From positions 3,313-67,312 of the forward strand of contig JADLHO010000163.1 of the NCBI GenBank assembly GCA_020848735.1: DNA of 64,000 bases, written 5' to 3'. Below, in pieces: positions 37,002 to 45,756 of the stretch. The translations under genes were made by a program, and so were the position numbers. Numbering within the stretch: position 1 is the first letter of the stretch; each line of letters begins with the position of its first letter. Under the pieces are notes generated by a model. The model made no database searches, was not told the DNA's origin, and worked only from the letters and a program-made list of their open reading frames with translations. Source of the stretch: Planctomycetota bacterium. Lineage in GTDB: Bacteria; Planctomycetota; UBA1135; UBA2386.

Positions 37002-38177
37002 TCACCGCGCCTGCTCGAGCCGCCGCAACGCGGCGGTCGCCCGCGCCGCCCTGGCGTCGCTGCCCTTGGCGAAGCCGCGCAGGCTCGTGAGCACCTCGTC
37101 GCGAGCGACCCCGACGCGGCCGAGCGCGGTGATGGCCTCGGCGCCGACCAGCGGATCGTCGTCCGCGCAGGCCTCGAGGAGCGCAGGCACGATCCCCGGC
37201 ACCGCGCGGTCGTCGGCCCGGCCGAGCTCCATGACCGCGAGCACGCGCTCGCGCGGGTGATCGGCGCGCAGCAGCAGGACGAGGCCACGACGGGCCTCCG
37301 GCTCGCGTGGGGCGAGGCGTGCCAGCGCGATCGCCGCGGCGCAACGGATCCCCTCACCGAAGGATCCGGAGAGCGCGTGCGCTCCGCGGCCCGTCACGGT
37401 GGGATGGTCCAGCCTCTGCGCGGCGGTTCGCAGGGCCTCGAGCACCGGTGGCGAGGCGTCCCCACCGCGGCCGAGCAGGATGGCGGCGAGCTCGCGCACG
37501 TAGGGCTCGTCGTCGTCGAGCGCCGCGATCCGCTCCGCGGTGCCCGTGCGCCACAGCTCGCTCGCGAAGATCCGGATGCGGCGCCTGGCGCTCGGCGACG
37601 GAGCGGGTCGGGAGCCGGACCGGTATTGGACCGTGAAATCGAGTCTCTGCCCGGGCGCTATGGCCTCCTCGACGGTGAATGCCTGCACGCCGGAAAGGCG
37701 TGTCGAGTGGGTCGCCGCCTCGACGAGATCCGCGAGGCCCTCGTCGCCGCAGCAATGGGCCGTGACGGCCAGCGCTGCGAGGGTGCGTGCGCACTCGGAA
37801 TCGAAGGCGTCGGAGCTCCGGATGGTCACCGGCCCCGCGCCGCGCTTCAGCACGAAGGCGCGCGGTCCATCCGAGCCCAGCGCCGAGAACTCGCGTACCG
37901 CCGCCCGCGCCGCGTCGCCCGTCAGCGAGCGCAGCACGGCATGCGCCCGCTCGTGCCGACGCTGTTCGACGGGGCTGTCGTAGTTCGCGTCGTGCGCGAT
38001 CTCGATCAGCGCCGGCAGCAGCCGATCGCCCGCCGCGACGAGGGCATCGAAGGCCGCGGCGTCGAAGGCATCGAGATCGAGACCGGCCAGCGGTGCCGTC
38101 GATGGGGCGGCCGGTTCCTGTGCCGGAATCGCTGTGCCGAGCAGGAGCGCGAGGGTGCAGGCGGTCTTGGCGTTCAT
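37002..38177 (-). CDS. Secreted HEAT-repeat protein
   Basis: The signal peptide is MNAKTACTLALLLGTAIPAQEP. The C-terminal half has HEAT-like units (DDEPYVRELAAILLG, RVLAVMELGRADDRAVPGIVPALLEACADDDPLVGAEAITALG). Confidence 0.65.
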   Translation of the reverse strand: MNAKTACTLALLLGTAIPAQEPAAPSTAPLAGLDLDAFDAAAFDALVAAGDRLLPALIEIAHDANYDSPVEQRRHERAHAVLRSLTGDAARAAVREFSALGSDGPRAFVLKRGAGPVTIRSSDAFDSECARTLAALAVTAHCCGDEGLADLVEAATHSTRLSGVQAFTVEEAIAPGQRLDFTVQYRSGSRPAPSPSARRRIRIFASELWRTGTAERIAALDDDEPYVRELAAILLGRGGDASPPVLEALRTAAQRLDHPTVTGRGAHALSGSFGEGIRCAAAIALARLAPREPEARRGLVLLLRADHPRERVLAVMELGRADDRAVPGIVPALLEACADDDPLVGAEAITALGRVGVARDEVLTSLRGFAKGSDARAARATAALRRLEQAR

Positions 38178-38201
38178 GGCGTGTGTCTCGAAGCCGGGAC
38201 C

Positions 38202-38996
38202 TCAGGGCACCGGCAGGGCCCAGACCTCGTGCACGAACCAGCGCCGCATCGCCGCATACGGCATCGAGGGCTCGAGCAGGGAGCCGATCGCGATGCAGAG
38301 CTCCGGCCGGTCGGACTCGTGCAGCTTGTCGTAGAGGCTCGCGAGGAGGGCCAGGGGGCGGTAGGACTCGTAGCGGACCTTGCGCAGTTCCTCGCGGTTG
38401 AGTCCGAGGCCGTCGATGGTGGCGAGGGCCCGCTTGCGCTTCGCGCCCGACTTGTTGCGGGGGAGCATCTCGACCTCGCGGAGCACGTCGTCGGCGCGCC
38501 AGGCGAAGAAGAGCTCGGCGTTCTCGACATAGGGGTCGACGAACCTCGGTTTCTCGGCCTTGCAGAGCGCGAGGAACGTGTCGACGGCGTCCCGGTCGAG
38601 CGGGTCGGGCGCGAGGGAGCCCGCGCTCGGATTCGCGGGCGGGGCCATCGCGATGGCGTCGACGCCGAACTGGTCCCGCTTGTGGACCTGATTGCAGATC
38701 TGGCAGGCGAAGGAGTAGTTGTCGAGGCAATACGCGAGCCACCAATAGACGCTCTTGGGGCGGAAGTGCTCGACGTCGCCGTGCGCGACGACGCGCGTCG
38801 AGGACTCGCAGTAGGCGCACTTGTCGGCGCTCTCGTTCGAGAGCTGCGGCTTGGCCTTCTTCCAGATCTCGCCGTCGAACTCGAACTGCGTCGTGGGGAG
38901 CTGGTCGACGAGACGCTTCTCGTTCTTCGTGCGGGCCGCGCCGACGAACGCGGCGGGCACGGCGTCGGGATCGCGGTCGCGGGTCAGGCGGATCAT
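38202..38996 (-). CDS. ptuB: TIGR02646-type HNH nuclease, PtuB-like (Septu)
   Basis: CAYCESSTRVVAHGDVEHFRPKS...YCLDNYSFACQICNQVHK gives a CxxC...H..H...N...CxxCN..K HNH/zinc-finger layout. The ATG 38996 overlaps the stop of the upstream ATPase gene (ATGA). Confidence 0.78.
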   Translation of the reverse strand: MIRLTRDRDPDAVPAAFVGAARTKNEKRLVDQLPTTQFEFDGEIWKKAKPQLSNESADKCAYCESSTRVVAHGDVEHFRPKSVYWWLAYCLDNYSFACQICNQVHKRDQFGVDAIAMAPPANPSAGSLAPDPLDRDAVDTFLALCKAEKPRFVDPYVENAELFFAWRADDVLREVEMLPRNKSGAKRKRALATIDGLGLNREELRKVRYESYRPLALLASLYDKLHESDRPELCIAIGSLLEPSMPYAAMRRWFVHEVWALPVP

Positions 38997-40270
38997 CGAT
39001 CACCTCGCGTCTTGCGCCGGGACTCGCGCGGCGGCGGTGGCGTCCCGACCTTCGTCCAATCCGGCATGCGACGCAGCTCCTCGACGAGCACCGCGAACTC
39101 CTTGGCCTCCGCCTTGCCGAGCTTCTTGCGGTCGCGGAGCTCGAGGTAGCGCTCGCGCATGCGCTCGACCGACGGCGACTGGAGGGTCGTGACGCCGAAC
39201 GCGTCGCTGAGCAGGAGCTGGTGGGCGAAGAGCTTCTGCGGATCCGCGGCGAAGGCGTGCAGCTGCGGGGTCCGCGACCGCTCGTCGCGGCGCAGGTAGA
39301 AGAGCTCGCCGGCTTCGGCCTGTTGCGCCGTCAGCGCGGAGTGCGTCGTCGCGACGATCTGGAAGTTCGGCAGCTTGTCGTCGAGGAACGCGCGGAGGCG
39401 TCGCTGCGCGAGCGGGTGCAGGTGCAGTTCGAGTTCGTCGATGAGCAGCAGCCCGCGCGCCGCGAGCGGGTTCCGGTAGTCCCCGAAGGTCTCGGTGATG
39501 CGGTAGAGGAGGTCGCCGACCCAGGCCGCGACCTGCTGGTAGCCGTCGCTGAGGCGGGCGAGGGGCACGAGCCCGTCCTGCGTCTTGAAGAGCAGCACGC
39601 GCTGCTGGCGATCGACCTTCGCGAACTCGACGCCGGGCAGGATGCCGGCGATCGCCTCCTTCACGAGCGCGAGGCCCGCCTTGCCGTGGCGGTACTCGAG
39701 GTCCATGGCCCAGGACTCGAGCGATTGCAGCTGGGCATCGGGCGTAAAGAGGCTCGCGACGGCGCGGCTGCGCGGAGTGCCCTGGGTCTCCCGCGTGCCG
39801 ACGCCCGCATCGTGGGTGAGGCGCCGCGAGACGCCGTAGCCCGCGACCAGGTAGCTGCGCTGCGCATGCGCGAGCGCGGCATCGAGCGCGGCGAGGTTCT
39901 CGGCATTGCGCTTGAGGGTCTCCGTACGCCCGACCCCGCGCTGCAGCACGAGCCGCACGCGACGCCGTTGACGCGCCTTGGTCACGATCTCCACCTCGAT
40001 CGCCGCCGCATCCGCGGCCTTGCCGATCCAGCCGTCGGGATCGCCGAGCAGCTCGGGCAGCGCTTCGGTGCCCGCGAGGACCAGGGCGATGGCGCGCAGG
40101 ATCGTGCTCTTGCCGCAGCCGTTCTCGCCGAGCACGAGCGTCCAGCGTCGCGACTCGTTGCCCGCAGCGGCGAAGTCGAGTTCGAGTTCGGCGAGGGAGC
40201 GGACGTTCTCCAGACGGACGCTGCGCAGGAACATGCGCGGCATGATGCCGCGCGGCCCCGCGGCGGACAT
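38993..40270 (-). CDS. ptuA: ABC/AAA_21-type ATPase, PtuA-like (Septu)
   Basis: The N-terminus is FLRSVRLENVRSL. The motifs are Walker A GENGCGKST, an ABC-signature-like LSDGYQQ, Walker B LLLIDELELHLHP and H-loop ATTHS. Candidate starts are 40270, 40243 and 40234, all in frame. The track ORF up to 41158 is a junk extension. Confidence 0.78.
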   Translation of the reverse strand: MSAAGPRGIMPRMFLRSVRLENVRSLAELELDFAAAGNESRRWTLVLGENGCGKSTILRAIALVLAGTEALPELLGDPDGWIGKAADAAAIEVEIVTKARQRRRVRLVLQRGVGRTETLKRNAENLAALDAALAHAQRSYLVAGYGVSRRLTHDAGVGTRETQGTPRSRAVASLFTPDAQLQSLESWAMDLEYRHGKAGLALVKEAIAGILPGVEFAKVDRQQRVLLFKTQDGLVPLARLSDGYQQVAAWVGDLLYRITETFGDYRNPLAARGLLLIDELELHLHPLAQRRLRAFLDDKLPNFQIVATTHSALTAQQAEAGELFYLRRDERSRTPQLHAFAADPQKLFAHQLLLSDAFGVTTLQSPSVERMRERYLELRDRKKLGKAEAKEFAVLVEELRRMPDWTKVGTPPPPRESRRKTRGDR

Positions 40271-40284
40271 CACCGGGTTCGTTC

Positions 40285-41655
40285 TCAGAGCCGCTTGTGC
40301 CGCTTCAGGAACTCCGCGAGCTCGTCGTATTGGCCGCTCTCGTTGGCGTAGCGCGCGTGATTGCGCGCGGTGGCGAGCCATTCCTCGGCGCTGCTGCGCA
40401 TCGCCTTGGCGGCCTCGAGGAGGTCCTTCGTCGTCACGGGCTGGACCTTGCCGCCGGCGAGCGACTCCTCGAGGGCGCGCTCCGCGGCGCGGTCGCAGAG
40501 CGCGACGAGATCGGCGCCGGTGAAGAGCGGCGTCGCCTTGACGACCTTGGCGAGGTCGAGCTTGTCGCCACCGGGCAGCTTGCTGGCGCGGGCGCGCAGG
40601 ATGCCGAGGCGCGCGGATTCGTCGGGTGGCGGGACGAAGAGGACGCGGTCGAAGCGGCCGGGGCGGCGGAAGGCGGCGTCGACGTTCCAGGGCATGTTCG
40701 TCGCCGCGAAGAGGAGCACGCCCTCGTTCTTGCCCTGCACGCCGTCCATCTCCTGCAGGAGCTGGTCGACGAGGGTCTTCCAGAACTGCGACTCGACGCG
40801 CCCGCGTCCGCCGCCGAGCGCATCGAACTCGTCGAAGAAGAGCACGGTCGGGGCGCGGCGCCGTGCGTCCTCGAAGAGGGCGTGGACGAGCTTCTCGCTC
40901 TCGCCCCAGAACTTGTCGACGATCTCGTGGATGCCGACCGCGACGAAGCGCGCCTTGCACTCGCCGGCGACGGCGCGCGCGATGAAGGTCTTGCCGCAGC
41001 CCGGTGGTCCGTAGAGGAGGATGCCGCCGCCGCCGCTGCGCCCGAACGCGCGGAACACCGCCGGGTCCTGGAAGGGGGCGATGATCTTCAGGCGGATCTG
41101 GCGCTTCACGTCGTCGAGCCCGGCGACGTCGGCGAAGGTCGTGACGAGCCCGCTCCAATCGAATTGCTGCGCCCAGTCCGCGGGCTCGGTCGACTCGTTC
41201 ACGCTCGCGGCGGCCGCGGGCGCGGGCGGGACCGGGTCGGGCTTCGGTGCGGAGTCGGCGCTGCGCCCCGCGGGGACGGCCTCGGCCTCCGGATCGACGC
41301 CGAGCGCGCGCGCGCGCGCCGCGGCCCGCGCGGCTTCCTCGTCCGCGCCGCGTGCGCGCAGCACGCGGGCGTGCTCGGCGTGGAGCGCGCCGTCGGACTG
41401 CGACTGTGCGAGGAGGGCCTCGATGCGGATCAGGGCCTCGGCGAGCTGACCCTTGGCGCGCAGGAGCGGCACGATGCGCCGCGCGGCGCGCTCGCGGCAG
41501 GCGGCATCCTCGTGCGCCGTCCGCAGCGCGGCGAGCGCCTCGTCGGTCCGGCCGGCACGCGCCGCGAGCTCGCCGTAGAGCAGCCAGAGCGGGGCGGCGC
41601 GCGGCTCGCGCTCCAGCGCGGCCTCGAGAGCGGAGAGGATGTCGTCGTCGTTCAT
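40285..41655 (-). CDS. AAA+ ATPase (CDC48/FtsH-type module) with TPR-like N-terminal domain
   Basis: The start is MNDDDILSALEAALE (41655). The N-terminal ~130 aa are helical-repeat and Ala-rich. The AAA+ core has ILLYGPPGCGKTFIARAVA (Walker A), VLFFDEFDAL (Walker B), second-region-of-homology FAATNMPWNVDAAFRRPGRFDR and a C-terminal lid. Confidence 0.88.
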   Translation of the reverse strand: MNDDDILSALEAALEREPRAAPLWLLYGELAARAGRTDEALAALRTAHEDAACRERAARRIVPLLRAKGQLAEALIRIEALLAQSQSDGALHAEHARVLRARGADEEAARAAARARALGVDPEAEAVPAGRSADSAPKPDPVPPAPAAAASVNESTEPADWAQQFDWSGLVTTFADVAGLDDVKRQIRLKIIAPFQDPAVFRAFGRSGGGGILLYGPPGCGKTFIARAVAGECKARFVAVGIHEIVDKFWGESEKLVHALFEDARRRAPTVLFFDEFDALGGGRGRVESQFWKTLVDQLLQEMDGVQGKNEGVLLFAATNMPWNVDAAFRRPGRFDRVLFVPPPDESARLGILRARASKLPGGDKLDLAKVVKATPLFTGADLVALCDRAAERALEESLAGGKVQPVTTKDLLEAAKAMRSSAEEWLATARNHARYANESGQYDELAEFLKRHKRL

Positions 41656-42593
41656 CGCGGCGGGAACCACCTCACCCAGCGGCGCAACAGACCCATGGCG
41701 ACCCAGGTGTAGAGCACGAACAGCAGGTAGCCGATGCCGAGCAGCCCCACGACCGGGATCGGCGCGCCGAGCATCGATGCACCGCGCAGGGACAACATCA
41801 CCGCGATCCAGATCGTGAACTGCTTGCCCGGCAAGCGGTCGGCGAGGATCGACCACCAGTAGAACGGCAGGCCGGGCCAGCGCGTGAGCATGTCGACGTG
41901 CATGAACGCCTCCTCGGTGTCGCTGTCGGGGTCGAGGCGCAGCGCCTCGCGGAGGTGGGCCCGCGCCCGCAGCGGATGCAGGCGTTGGAATTCGGCGACC
42001 GCCATCGCGACGTGCGAGAGCGCCTCGTCGGGCGCGCGCGCGAGCGCGTGACGGCCGTGCAGCGCGCCCTCGTGGGAGCGGCCGAGTTCGGTGAGCAAGA
42101 TGGCGAGCGCCTGATTCGTGGACTCGTCGTCGGGCTCGAGCGCGAGGCTGCGGCGCAGCACCTGTTCGGCCTTGTCGAGGACACCGACTTTGTGGAGCAG
42201 AGCGCCGTACTGGCGCAGGAGCTCGGGGTCGTCCGGATCGCGGCGCAGGCCCTCGAGGAGCGCGCGTTCGGCGGCCTGGTGCTGCCCGAGTCCGGCGAGC
42301 GCCGCGCCGAGGATCGAGGTCGCCACCCGATGCGTGGGGTCGAGGGCGAGCGCGTCGCGCGCGGCACCGGCGGCCTCGCGGTGGAGGTCGCGCTCCAGGA
42401 GAGATGCCGCGAGCTGCGCGTGCAGGCCGGGATCCTCGGGGAAGCGCGCGAGGCCCTCGCGTGCGCTGCGCTCCGCGAGGTCGGCGCGCCCGGCCTGCAG
42501 GTAGCGCGCCGCGGCGACGAGATGGTCCTGGGCGCGCGCCCCGGCCGGCTCCCCCTGAGTCTCGTCGAACCCGTCCATCCCAGACTCCGCCAT
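41652..42593 (-). CDS. TPR-repeat protein with C-terminal two-TM anchor
   Basis: The start is MAESGMDGF (42593). It has about five TPR-like units (..AERSAREGLARFPEDP.., ..AERALLEGLRRDPDDP.., ..AEQVLRRSLALEPDD..). Two hydrophobic helices follow (FTIWIAVMLSL..., VVGLLGIGYLLFVLYTWVAMGLL). The stop overlaps the AAA+ start (ATGA). Confidence 0.75.
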   Translation of the reverse strand: MAESGMDGFDETQGEPAGARAQDHLVAAARYLQAGRADLAERSAREGLARFPEDPGLHAQLAASLLERDLHREAAGAARDALALDPTHRVATSILGAALAGLGQHQAAERALLEGLRRDPDDPELLRQYGALLHKVGVLDKAEQVLRRSLALEPDDESTNQALAILLTELGRSHEGALHGRHALARAPDEALSHVAMAVAEFQRLHPLRARAHLREALRLDPDSDTEEAFMHVDMLTRWPGLPFYWWSILADRLPGKQFTIWIAVMLSLRGASMLGAPIPVVGLLGIGYLLFVLYTWVAMGLLRRWVRWFPPR

Positions 42594-43201
42594 CAGAGGG
42601 CCCCGCCCGGTCGGAAGAGCGATGCGAACAGCGCGGCACTCGCGAAGCCGAGTGCGATGTTCAGCGCCATGGCGAGCATGCCGATGCCCAGGAGGCGCGC
42701 GCCCTTGCCGCCCGCCTGCTCGTGGATGCGGAAGCGGCGCTGCTGGCGCCGGGCGGAGACGAGCGCGGGAACGACCGCGATGGCCTGGGCGACGAAGCGC
42801 AGGAAGCGCTGACGGTCGCGCGCGGGGTCGCGGGTCGTCGCGTACCTGCCGCCCGCAGCGCCGCCCGTGATCTGCCGCGTCGCGGTCCCCTGCGGCGCCG
42901 GTGCCGGCTTGCTCCACTCGAACACGAAGCCGAACGAGAGGGTGATCGCGAGCCAGAGCGCGGCGAAACCGAGGAACGAGGGCAGGGCGCGCGAAGCGAG
43001 CCCCAGCCGCCGCCAGTTCCAGGCGACGATCGCCCCGCCGCAGAGCGCCCCGCCGACCATCACCACGAAGGGCAGGTAGCCCGGGTCGAAGGGCCGTTCG
43101 AAGCCCACGAGGTCGTGGGTCTCGTCGAGGGAGGGCCGCAGCAGCTCGTCGGCGTGGGGCGCGGCGTTGGGTCCCGGTGCTTCCAGCGTGGTCCGTTCCA
43201 T
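42593..43201 (-). CDS. Small polytopic membrane protein (about 202 aa), unknown function
   Basis: The start is MERTTLEAP (43201). It has about four hydrophobic segments (YLPFVVMVGGALCGGAIVAW, FLGFAALWLAITLSFGFVF, FVAQAIAVVPALV, LLGIGMLAMALNIALGFASAALFA). The stop overlaps the start of the TPR gene by 1 nt (TGATG). Confidence 0.55.
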   Translation of the reverse strand: MERTTLEAPGPNAAPHADELLRPSLDETHDLVGFERPFDPGYLPFVVMVGGALCGGAIVAWNWRRLGLASRALPSFLGFAALWLAITLSFGFVFEWSKPAPAPQGTATRQITGGAAGGRYATTRDPARDRQRFLRFVAQAIAVVPALVSARRQQRRFRIHEQAGGKGARLLGIGMLAMALNIALGFASAALFASLFRPGGAL

Positions 43202-43315
43202 GGCTCTCGAGGCGACACCCGCCCGGCGGCGGGCCGCGGAGCTTACGGCGCGCGGGGCCCTGATGCCGCGTTGCCGCGTTCCTGGGCGCACGCCCTCCCG
43301 CGTATGGTGCGCGGG

Positions 43316-44947
43316 ATGTCGCTCCTCCGCTTCGCCCTCTCGCTCCTGCTCGTCGCGTCGTGCGGCGGGGCGCAGGATCTCGTGCTGCGCGGTGTGCACG
43401 TCTGGACGGGGAGCGACGAACCCTGGCCCGACGACCAGCTCGTCGTGGTCGACGGTCGCATCCAGCCGCCCCACGCGCCGGTGCCGGAGGGCGCGACGCT
43501 CGTCGAGCTGCGCGGCGCCTTCGTGTTCCCCGGACTGCACGATGCGCACGCGCACCTGCGCGGTCTCGGCGAGAGCCTGCGCAGCGTCGACCTCGTCGGC
43601 ACGCGCAGCTATGCGGAGGTGATCGAGCGCGTGGCGGCGCGGGCGAAGACGACGCCGAAGGGCGACTGGATCCTCGGTCGCGGCTGGGACCAGAACGACT
43701 GGCCCGTGGCGGCCTTCCCCGAGCACGCGGAGCTCTCGCGCGCGGTGCCCGATCACCCGGTCTTCCTCGTGCGCGTCGACGGGCACGCGGCGCTCGCGAA
43801 CCGGCGCGCGCTCGAGCTCGCGGGCGTCAGCGCCGCCACCGCGGCACCGGCGGGAGGCGAGGTGCATCGCGATGCGCAGGGCGAGCCGACGGGCGTCCTG
43901 ATCGATCACGCGACGGCGCTCGTCGGGGGACAGATCCCCGACGCCTCGCCCGCCCAGCTCGAAGCGGCGCTGCTCGCCGCACACGACGCCTGCGTGCGTC
44001 ACGGACTCACCTGCGTGCACGACGCGGGGATGGGTGAGCTCGAGCTCGAGGTCGTGCGCGCGCTGATCGTCGCGGGGCGCTGGCGTCTGCGCGTCCATGC
44101 GATGCTCCCGGCCGACGAGCTCGCGGCGATCGAGCGCGGCCCGTGGCAGACACCCGACGGCACGCTCGTCGTGCGCGCCGTGAAGGCCTACGCCGACGGT
44201 GCCCTCGGCTCACGCGGAGCCGCGCTGCTCGCACCCTACTCCGATCAGCCGGGAACCCGCGGTCTCCTGCTCACGCCGAAGGCCCGTCTCGAGCAGATCG
44301 CGAGGCTCTGCGTCGCGCGCGGCTTCCAGCTCTGCACGCACGCGATCGGCGACGCGGCGAACCGCGCCGTGCTCGATGCCTATGCCGCCGCCGTGCCGGA
44401 GGCGGAGCGCGCGCGCGTGCGCTTCCGGATCGAGCACGCGCAGGTGGTGCACGCCGACGACTTCGCGCGCTTCGCCGCGCAGCACGTGATCCCCTCGATG
44501 CAGCCGACGCACCTCACGAGCGACATGCCCTGGGCGCCGCAGCGGCTCGGTGCCGACCGCATCGACGGCGCCTACGCCTGGACGCGCTTCCTCGGTCTCG
44601 GTCTGCGGCTCCCGCTCGGCTCCGACTTCCCCGTCGAGTCCGTCGATCCGCGCCTCGGCTTCTACGCCGCGATCACCACGAAGGCGCCCGACGGCAGCGG
44701 GCCGCCGGAGGGCTTCCGACCCTCCGGAGTCCTCGACCGCCGGACCGCGCTGAAGGGCTTCACCGCCGACGCCGCCTACGCCGCGTTCGCCGAGCGCGAG
44801 CTCGGGACCATCGAGCCGGGGAAGCGCGCCGACTTCACGATCCTCGACCGCGATCTCGCCACCTGCGCGCCCGAGCGCGTGCTCGACGCGCGCGTGCTCG
44901 CGACGGTCATCGGGGGTCGCATCGTCCACCGCGCCGAGGCCCGATGA
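43316..44947 (+). CDS. Amidohydrolase-family metallohydrolase lipoprotein (YtcJ-like)
   Basis: The lipobox is LLLVASCGG. The metal-binding motif GLHDAHAHL and downstream H/D ligand blocks are present (HAIGD, SDFPVES). Confidence 0.85.
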   Translation: MSLLRFALSLLLVASCGGAQDLVLRGVHVWTGSDEPWPDDQLVVVDGRIQPPHAPVPEGATLVELRGAFVFPGLHDAHAHLRGLGESLRSVDLVGTRSYAEVIERVAARAKTTPKGDWILGRGWDQNDWPVAAFPEHAELSRAVPDHPVFLVRVDGHAALANRRALELAGVSAATAAPAGGEVHRDAQGEPTGVLIDHATALVGGQIPDASPAQLEAALLAAHDACVRHGLTCVHDAGMGELELEVVRALIVAGRWRLRVHAMLPADELAAIERGPWQTPDGTLVVRAVKAYADGALGSRGAALLAPYSDQPGTRGLLLTPKARLEQIARLCVARGFQLCTHAIGDAANRAVLDAYAAAVPEAERARVRFRIEHAQVVHADDFARFAAQHVIPSMQPTHLTSDMPWAPQRLGADRIDGAYAWTRFLGLGLRLPLGSDFPVESVDPRLGFYAAITTKAPDGSGPPEGFRPSGVLDRRTALKGFTADAAYAAFAERELGTIEPGKRADFTILDRDLATCAPERVLDARVLATVIGGRIVHRAEAR

Positions 44948-45756
44948 GCGAAGCACTCGAGCTCCGACTGCTCGAGCGCCTCGCGGCCCTGCCCGGCGCG
45001 ATCGTCGCGTTCTCGGGCGGCGTCGACTCGGCGGTCCTGCTGCACGCGGCCGCGCGGGCGCTGACGCGCGAACGCGTCGTGGCGGTCACCGCGCGCTCGC
45101 CCTCGCTGCCGAGCCATGAGCTCGACGAGGCGCGCGCCTTCACCGCGGGCCTCGGCGTGGAACACCGCGTGCTCGACACGCAGGAGCTCGCGCGCGAGGG
45201 CTATCGCCGCAACGACCCCGACCGTTGCTACCACTGCAAGTCGGAGCTCTTCGACGTCGTGGCGCGGGAGTTCGACGACGAGGTCCGCACGCGCGGGTTC
45301 GCCGTCGCGTTCGGTGCGATCGTCGACGACCTCGCCGATCATCGGCCCGGTGCGCGCGCGGCGAAGGAACGCGGCGTGCTCGCCCCGCTCGCCGATGCCG
45401 GCTTCGACAAGCTCGCGGTGCGCGACTACGCGCGACGCCATGCGCTCGCGGTGGCGGAGAAGCCCTCGTTCGCGTGTCTCGGCTCCCGGGTCGCCTACGG
45501 GACGCCGATCGATGCCGGGCTGCTCGGTCGCCTCGAGCAGGGTGAGTCGCTGCTGCGCGCGCGCGGCTTCCGCCAGTTCCGCCTCCGCCATCACGGCGTG
45601 ATCGCGCGCATCGAGGTCCTGCCCGAGGACCTCCCGCGTCTCGTCGCACTCCGCGTCGAACTGGAACCCGCGTTGCGTGAACTCGGCTGGCGCTACGTGA
45701 CCGTCGATCTCGGCGGCTTCCGCAGCGGCAGCATGAACGAAGTCCTTCCGCGATGA
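44944..45756 (+). CDS. larE: PP-loop ATP pyrophosphatase, LarE / TIGR00268 family
   Basis: The ATGA overlap with the amidohydrolase gene suggests coupling. The PP-loop is AFSGGVDSAVLL. The CYHCK and SFACLGSRVAYGT blocks are typical of the LarE-like family. Confidence 0.82.
   Translation: MSEALELRLLERLAALPGAIVAFSGGVDSAVLLHAAARALTRERVVAVTARSPSLPSHELDEARAFTAGLGVEHRVLDTQELAREGYRRNDPDRCYHCKSELFDVVAREFDDEVRTRGFAVAFGAIVDDLADHRPGARAAKERGVLAPLADAGFDKLAVRDYARRHALAVAEKPSFACLGSRVAYGTPIDAGLLGRLEQGESLLRARGFRQFRLRHHGVIARIEVLPEDLPRLVALRVELEPALRELGWRYVTVDLGGFRSGSMNEVLPR

Noticed and set aside
38993-42639. Long N-terminal extensions of the track ORFs 38993..41158 (721 aa) and 40285..42639 (784 aa)
   Set aside because: The extensions are Arg/Pro-rich and overlap the upstream genes in other frames. 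Real starts were set where motif-bearing sequence begins and where ATGA coupling or short gaps occur: 40270/40234 and 41655.
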